Assembly (NCBI GenBank): GCA_041576165.1
Contig: JBFGLM010000066.1
Coordinates: 1 to 22,323, forward strand
Source: Acidimicrobiia bacterium
Lineage (GTDB): Bacteria > Actinomycetota > Acidimicrobiia > Spongiisociales > Spongiisociaceae
DNA: 22,323 nucleotides
Direction: 5' to 3'
In this document: positions 17,603-22,323 of the stretch, in pieces
How positions within the stretch are numbered: position 1 is the first letter of the stretch
How the letters are laid out: every line of letters starts with the position of its first letter
Translations under genes and position numbers: made by a program
The notes under the pieces: generated by a model
What the model saw: the letters and a program-made list of their open reading frames with translations, nothing else
What the model was told of the DNA's origin: nothing
The model's database searches: none

Positions 17603-17637
17603 GCCGAGCCGCTATTGCTCCTGGCTAGCGGCTCGGC
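17603..17637. terminator. Perfect 12-bp inverted repeat, possible terminator or stabilising hairpin
   Basis: GCCGAGCCGCTA-N11-TAGCGGCTCGGC, about 50 nt downstream of the minus-strand stop at 17685; no U-tract. Confidence 0.4.
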
Positions 17638-17684
17638 AGGCTACAGCGAGCCACTACCCTCGACCGTTGCGTTGCGCTGGCCAC

Positions 17685-18092
17685 TCAGTCGAGGGATATT
17701 TCCAACTCCGGGTGGCCCAGGGCGCGGGCGGCTGCACTGACCACGCGGGCGTCGTCGTCGAGGCCCTTGTCGCTGTTCAAGTCGTCGGAGGCGTCGCCGG
17801 TCAGAGTGAAGTAGTCGACTGCGCCTCGAATGAGCGCCCGGCATTCGGCGTCGTAGGGACCGAGGGCGATCAGAGCGTGGAGGGTCTGGGCGATGCGTCC
17901 CGCCAGAATCAGATTCACGTCCTGATTGATCGTCTGCGCTCCCTCTAGGTAGTCGAGGTGCGCGCTGACCTGTTCCAGCGACCGCTGTAAGCCGTCGAGC
18001 GAGGTCTCGTGGCAGAGGTTCAAGAAGCGAACGCGCTCTATTGGTGACAGGGCAGCATCGGCGACGTCGCGGGCAAGCGCATGTATGTCCAT
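17685..18092 (-). CDS. Hypothetical helical protein with an acidic YF-x4-DA-DD-x5-GLDDD motif (reminiscent of YkvA/DUF1232)
   Basis: GAVDYFTLTGDASDDLNSDKGLDDDARVV; TATCCT 8 nt upstream of ATG 18092. Confidence 0.75.
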   Translation of the reverse strand: MDIHALARDVADAALSPIERVRFLNLCHETSLDGLQRSLEQVSAHLDYLEGAQTINQDVNLILAGRIAQTLHALIALGPYDAECRALIRGAVDYFTLTGDASDDLNSDKGLDDDARVVSAAARALGHPELEISLD

Positions 18093-18186
18093 GCGGCGGC
18101 AGGATAGATCGCGCGGTGCGCGGTATGTGGCGACAGGGCGGTCGGATCTCGTCACCTTCTTGATTTGGGGGTACGATGCCTGCTTC

Positions 18187-18267
18187 ATGCCACGTCCCAT
18201 GCAGTGCTGCCGGTGTCGTTGCGCTCGGGTGAGTCGCCCGGGCACCGCCGCTGTGTGCGCTGCCTGA
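18187..18267 (+). CDS. Putative Cys-rich leader peptide MPRPMQCCRCRCARVSRPGTAAVCAA
   Basis: TACGAT -10 at 18172-18177 just upstream; four Cys in six codons (18205-18222); lies ahead of a sulfur-metabolism operon. Confidence 0.65.
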   Translation: MPRPMQCCRCRCARVSRPGTAAVCAA

Positions 18268-18331
18268 TCCCGACGCCCTCACCCCGAGCGCACCAGCTCC
18301 GGCGTCGACCCCGTTATCCCCCCATCAGGAG
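18221..18331 (+). promoter_or_regulatory. Putative attenuator with alternative stems
   Basis: GCGCTCGGGTGAG (18221-18233) pairs with CTCACCCCGAGCGC (18278-18291); alternatively CGACGCC 18271-18277 pairs with GGCGTCG 18301-18307 and CCTGAT 18263-18268 with ATCAGG 18324-18329, the latter overlapping SD AGGAG. Confidence 0.5.
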
Positions 18332-18337
18332 ATTGTC

Positions 18338-18448
18338 GTGATCAACCCCGTCATCGGAGATTCACCCGTTCCGCCCGCCGCCGGCGGCGCAGAGCCGCAG
18401 CAGCCGCACCACCGTGCAGTTCACCGCCGCGGGCACCCACATGTCTGA
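18338..18448 (+). CDS. Putative 36-aa coupling ORF (MINPVIGDSPVPPAAGGAEPQQPHHRAVHRRGHPHV)
   Basis: AGGAG at 18327-18331, 6 nt before GTG 18338; stop overlaps the rhodanese start (ATGTCTGA). Confidence 0.5.
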   Translation: MINPVIGDSPVPPAAGGAEPQQPHHRAVHRRGHPHV

Positions 18449-18851
18449 GCGTGTGCTCGAGCTGGGGCTCGAGCAGGCTTGGGAAATTCTGGCCGCAGAA
18501 CCGGATGCCGTACTGATCGATGTCCGTACCGAACCCGAATGGCAGTTCGTCGGGCTGCCCGATCTGTCCTCGTTGGGCAAACAGCCCCTACTCGTGCCGT
18601 GGGTGCGATATCCGGGCACACCCAACGAGCACTTCGTCGACGACGTGCGACAGGCTGGCGTACATCCTGATCAGCCGGTGCTGCTGTTGTGCCGCTCGGG
18701 GCAGCGCTCGCGAGTGGCGGGGGCAGCCCTGGTGGAAGCTGGTTACAGCCGCTGCGTCAACATCACCGCCGGCTTCGAGGGGCCGATTGATCACGATGGT
18801 CATCGGTCCGGCGGATGGCGAAGCCACAGCCTCCCGTGGAGGCAGTCATGA
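18441..18851 (+). CDS. Single-domain rhodanese-like sulfurtransferase
   Basis: LIDVRTEPEWQFVGLPD, active-site loop LCRSGQRS, GFEG..GW...LPWRQ. Confidence 0.93.
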   Translation: MSERVLELGLEQAWEILAAEPDAVLIDVRTEPEWQFVGLPDLSSLGKQPLLVPWVRYPGTPNEHFVDDVRQAGVHPDQPVLLLCRSGQRSRVAGAALVEAGYSRCVNITAGFEGPIDHDGHRSGGWRSHSLPWRQS

Positions 18852-20017
18852 TGCGAGAGGCCACGATCATGGTTCGAGGCGGCCTGGACCGCAGCCAATT
18901 CGACGAGACTGCCGAGGCGATCTATCCCACATCAGGGTATGTGTACGCCTCGGCGGCCGAAGCTGAGGCCGCCTTTGCCGGGGAGCTGGATCGGTTCATC
19001 TACTCCCGGTACGGCAATCCGACGGTCTCCATGTTCGAAGAACGATTGCGTCTCCTCGAGGGGGCCGAGGCCTGCATGGCCACCGCCAGCGGAATGGCGG
19101 CCGTCTACGCCGCACTTGCGAGCCACTTGGCCGCGGGAGACCGGGTGGTTGGCTCCCGCGCGCTGTTCGGCTCTTGTCACGTGATCCTGACCGAGATCCT
19201 TCCGCGGTTTGGCGTCGAAACCGTTCTGGTCGACGGAACAGATCTGGATCAATGGTCGGCGGCCCTGTCAACGCCCGCCCAAGCGGTCTTTGTCGAGTCG
19301 CCCTCAAACCCCGGCCTGGAGATCATTGACTTGGCGGCGGTGGCTGAGCTGGCCCACGCCGCCGGGGCGATCGTCATCGTCGACAACGTCTTCGCCACCC
19401 CGATCCTGCAGAAGCCGCTGACCTTCGGCGCGGATGTTGTGGTGTACTCCGCCACCAAGCACATCGACGGACAAGGACGGACGCTGGGGGGCGCGGTGCT
19501 CGCAACCGAGCAATACATCAGCGACACGCTGATGCCGTTCCTGCGCCATACCGGGCCCAGTTTGAGCCCGTTCAACGCGTGGGTGCTCCTCAAAGGGCTG
19601 GAGACACTCCGGTTGCGGGTAGACGCGCAGAGTTCGGCGGCGGCGACGATCGCAGCCAAGTTGGCCGGGCATCCCAAGCTGGCATACGTCCGATACCCCA
19701 CGCAGGCCGATCATCCTCAGGCCGAACTGGCAAAGGCGCAGATGGAGTTGGGCGGCACGGTCGTCACTATCGGGATCGACGGCGGCCGCGACGATGCATT
19801 CCGGTTCGCAGACGCGCTCGAACTGTTCGACATTTCGAACAACCTCGGCGATACCAAGAGCCTCGTCACTCATCCGGCCACGACCACCCACCGCCGAATC
19901 GGACCCGACGCTCGGGCTGCCTTGGGGATCGGCGATGGAATGGTCCGGCTGTCGATCGGGCTGGAGGCCCCGTCCGACCTCCTCGAGGACCTGGAGCAGG
20001 CGCTCCGGGCCGTGTAA
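18848..20017 (+). CDS. metZ: O-succinylhomoserine sulfhydrylase
   Basis: RSQFDETAEAIY, YSRYGNPTV, PLP Lys in YSATKHIDGQGR, ISNNLGDTKSLVTHPATTTH; ATGA overlap with rhodanese and GGAGG RBS at 18838-18842. Confidence 0.93.
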   Translation: MMREATIMVRGGLDRSQFDETAEAIYPTSGYVYASAAEAEAAFAGELDRFIYSRYGNPTVSMFEERLRLLEGAEACMATASGMAAVYAALASHLAAGDRVVGSRALFGSCHVILTEILPRFGVETVLVDGTDLDQWSAALSTPAQAVFVESPSNPGLEIIDLAAVAELAHAAGAIVIVDNVFATPILQKPLTFGADVVVYSATKHIDGQGRTLGGAVLATEQYISDTLMPFLRHTGPSLSPFNAWVLLKGLETLRLRVDAQSSAAATIAAKLAGHPKLAYVRYPTQADHPQAELAKAQMELGGTVVTIGIDGGRDDAFRFADALELFDISNNLGDTKSLVTHPATTTHRRIGPDARAALGIGDGMVRLSIGLEAPSDLLEDLEQALRAV

Positions 20018-20087
20018 CCCTGCGCCCAGGCCCGGCCGGGGTGCAGTGTCCGTAGTTGAATACAGCTACCCGACGAAGGTGGTCGAG

Positions 20088-21455
20088 ATGAGTGCGCTCT
20101 TGGAGGAGCTGAGCTCGCGGCTCCCCGCCGAGTGCATCCAGACCGACACGGACGTGATCGCCTCCTATTCACAGGATCGCGCCCTGTTCGTCTCCGCCGG
20201 CTCTGCAGCGGTGCTGGTTATGCCCAGGTCGACGGATGAAGTGGTGGCCGCGGTTGCCGCCGCCAATGCCGCCGACGTGCCGATCGTTCCTCGGGGGGCC
20301 GGGACGGGACTCACGGGCGCCGCCAACGCAATCAACGGCTGCATGATGCTCTCGCTCCACCGGATGGACCAGATCCTCGAGATCGACACCACCAACCGGA
20401 TGGCCCGCGTGCAGCCCGGGGTGATCAACGCAGACCTCAAGAACGCCGTGGCCGCGCACGGCCTGTTCTATCCGCCGGACCCGGCGTCCTTCGAGATATC
20501 GAGCATTGGCGGCAATGTCGCAACGAACGCCGGAGGCCTGTGCTGCGTCAAGTACGGGGTGACGCGTGACTACGTGGTGGGGCTCGAGGTGGTGCTGGCC
20601 TCCGGCGACGTGATGCGGACCGGCCGGCGTACGATCAAGAACACCGCAGGATTTGATCTGACCGGGCTCTTCGTCGGGTCGGAGGGTCTGCTCGGCATCA
20701 TCACTGAGGTCACGGTCAAGCTGGTTCCGGCGGCCCCGCCTGCCGCGACGGCGGTGGCATATTTCGACGCCTTGCCCCCTGCCGGGGCGGCCATCGCCGA
20801 GGTTTTTCGCGAGGGCCATCAACCGAGCCTGATGGAGATCCTCGATCAGGCCAGCCTCCGGCAGGTGGAATCGGTGTACCGAATGGACCTCGACGTGGAC
20901 GCCGCCTGTCTGCTGCTGGTCCAGACCGCCGGAGACGAAGCCGCAGGCTCTATCGCAGAGATCGCCGAGATCTGCCGGAACAACGGTGCCACGTTTGTCT
21001 ATCACGTCACCGACCCCAACGAGGGCGACATGCTGGTTGAAGTCCGCCGGCGGGTGTGGCCGGCGTTCGAGAAGCTCGGCAAACCGTTGCTGCCAGAAGA
21101 CGTGGCCGTGCCTCGCGAGCGGCTGCCAGAGTTGCTGGCCTCCATAGTCGAAGTAGGGGAACGCAACGACGTCACGCTGGCAACGATTGGGCACGCCGGC
21201 GACGGAAACATGCACCCGTTTTTCATCCTCGACCCCACCGACGAGGCTGAGGTTGGACGAGCGAAGAAGGCGTTTGCCGAGATCCTCTACATTTCATTGG
21301 AGCTCGGCGGTACGATCGCCGCCGAGCACGGAATCGGCACCCTGAAACGGGACTACATCGAGGATGAGCTCGACCCCATCCAGCTGTCCGTCCAGCGCCA
21401 GATCAAGCAAACGCTCGACCCCCACGGACGGCTGAATCCGGGCAAAGCGCTGTAG
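20088..21455 (+). CDS. FAD-linked oxidase, GlcD / D-lactate dehydrogenase family
   Basis: PRGAGTGLTG, YPPDPAS, GGNVATNAGG, GSEGLLGIITE, GHAGDGNMH, AEHGIG, LNPGK; GAAGGTGG upstream of ATG 20088. Confidence 0.93.
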   Translation: MSALLEELSSRLPAECIQTDTDVIASYSQDRALFVSAGSAAVLVMPRSTDEVVAAVAAANAADVPIVPRGAGTGLTGAANAINGCMMLSLHRMDQILEIDTTNRMARVQPGVINADLKNAVAAHGLFYPPDPASFEISSIGGNVATNAGGLCCVKYGVTRDYVVGLEVVLASGDVMRTGRRTIKNTAGFDLTGLFVGSEGLLGIITEVTVKLVPAAPPAATAVAYFDALPPAGAAIAEVFREGHQPSLMEILDQASLRQVESVYRMDLDVDAACLLLVQTAGDEAAGSIAEIAEICRNNGATFVYHVTDPNEGDMLVEVRRRVWPAFEKLGKPLLPEDVAVPRERLPELLASIVEVGERNDVTLATIGHAGDGNMHPFFILDPTDEAEVGRAKKAFAEILYISLELGGTIAAEHGIGTLKRDYIEDELDPIQLSVQRQIKQTLDPHGRLNPGKAL

Positions 21456-21938
21456 ACGCGCTGCGCCGGATGGACCGGACCGGCCGAACGTATGGTCGAT
21501 ACCGGTTTGCTCGACCCCGGCGAACGCAAATGCTTCGAACTGATGCGCCGGCCGATCCTCCACGTCGGAGTTGCGCCCGATCCGAGACAGCGTGGTGTCC
21601 GCCAACAACATGCGGTCGGGCAGCGGTCGACTCACGACCGGGGGCGCGTGGCGGCCGCCGCGGTGGGAGCGCGCATGAGCGCCCGCGATGGTGGAGCAAC
21701 CGTAAGGAGGGTCCCGGCGTCGGGCGGATGGACGTAGGCTGTCGAAATGACGTTGTGCCCCGGTCACCGCTCTGAGTTCGCCAGGAACGCCCGTCGCGCC
21801 CTCATTCCGAGATCCGAGCCGGATCAGAGCGGCGTCGCCGAACGCGCGCCGACGCGGGCACCGAACGCCGGGACTCCAGCTTGATTTACTCTTTCCGTCG
21901 GGCCCGACTCCGGCGGCTCGGCCGGTGATGGCCGGCAG

Positions 21939-22323
21939 GTGACGGACGCAAGCTTCCGGGGTGCGCCAAGCCTCGACATTGCCCGCATCAGGGCCGACAC
22001 GCCCGGCGCGGGAGATCACATCCACCTCAACAATGCCGGTGCGTCGCTGCCGCCCCGGCCCGTGCTGGACACGCAGCTTCGGTACCTGCACGAGGAAGCG
22101 GTGAGAGGAGGCTACGAAACGGCGGATGCTCACCAGCGCGAGATCGCTGCGGTCTACGGCGCGATCGCGTCTTTGATCCGCTGCGAGCCCGACGAGGTAG
22201 CTATCACGTCAAACGCTACCGAGTCCTGGCAACTGGGTTTGCACAGCCTGGCGTTGGAGCCGGGCGACCGAATCCTCACCGGCGAGGCCGAGTACGCCTC
22301 CAATTTCATCTCCTTTCTCAAGC
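21939..22323 (+). CDS. 3'-truncated aminotransferase class V-fold PLP enzyme (cysteine desulfurase / C-S lyase-like)
   Basis: Manual translation: LDIARIRADTPGAGDHIHLNNAGASLPP...RGGYE...EVAITSNATESW...GDRILTGEAEYASN; open to the window end; start codon uncertain. Confidence 0.88.
   Translation, partial: MTDASFRGAPSLDIARIRADTPGAGDHIHLNNAGASLPPRPVLDTQLRYLHEEAVRGGYETADAHQREIAAVYGAIASLIRCEPDEVAITSNATESWQLGLHSLALEPGDRILTGEAEYASNFISFLK

Noticed and set aside
18180-18440. SAM-I or SAM-IV riboswitch upstream of metZ
   Set aside because: Expected from context, but I could not find the core motifs (for example GCAACC and GGUGC in a SAM-clan arrangement); an Rfam scan would settle it
19794-20087. Extended start of the FAD oxidase (likewise 10413 for the nitrilase)
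   Set aside because: Overlaps the upstream gene out of frame; downstream ATGs have proper initiation signals
21294-22133. 279-aa minus-strand ORF and the many other antisense ORFs in the track
   Set aside because: Overlap well-supported genes and are typical stop-poor shadow frames of high-GC DNA

Overview
High-GC bacterial chromosomal region, most likely Actinomycetota. Acidimicrobiia is my inference from the stand-alone homodimeric aceE, the rhodanese-metZ pair, Cys-containing SLH repeats and frequent leaderless TANNNT promoters. It holds a circularly permuted ATP-grasp/alpha-E/transglutaminase operon, a 3-hydroxyisobutyrate dehydrogenase-family gene, a secreted S8 protease with FN3 and SLH domains, a nitrilase, a methyltransferase, aceE, a cyclase, rhodanese-metZ, a GlcD-like FAD oxidase, a partial class V PLP enzyme and several hypotheticals. 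Two signals are missed by the ORF track. (1) A TlpA/thioredoxin-like lipoprotein is split by an in-frame TGA exactly at its redox motif (W-U-P-Y-C) and followed by a SECIS-like hairpin, so it is probably a selenoprotein. (2) A two-tier leader precedes rhodanese-metZ: a near-leaderless Cys-rich peptide (CCRCRC) with alternative RNA stems, then a second short ORF that overlaps the rhodanese start, a candidate cysteine-sensing attenuator. I saw no CRISPR array, rRNA, tRNA or mobile element. All family calls come from motif recognition, not database searches.
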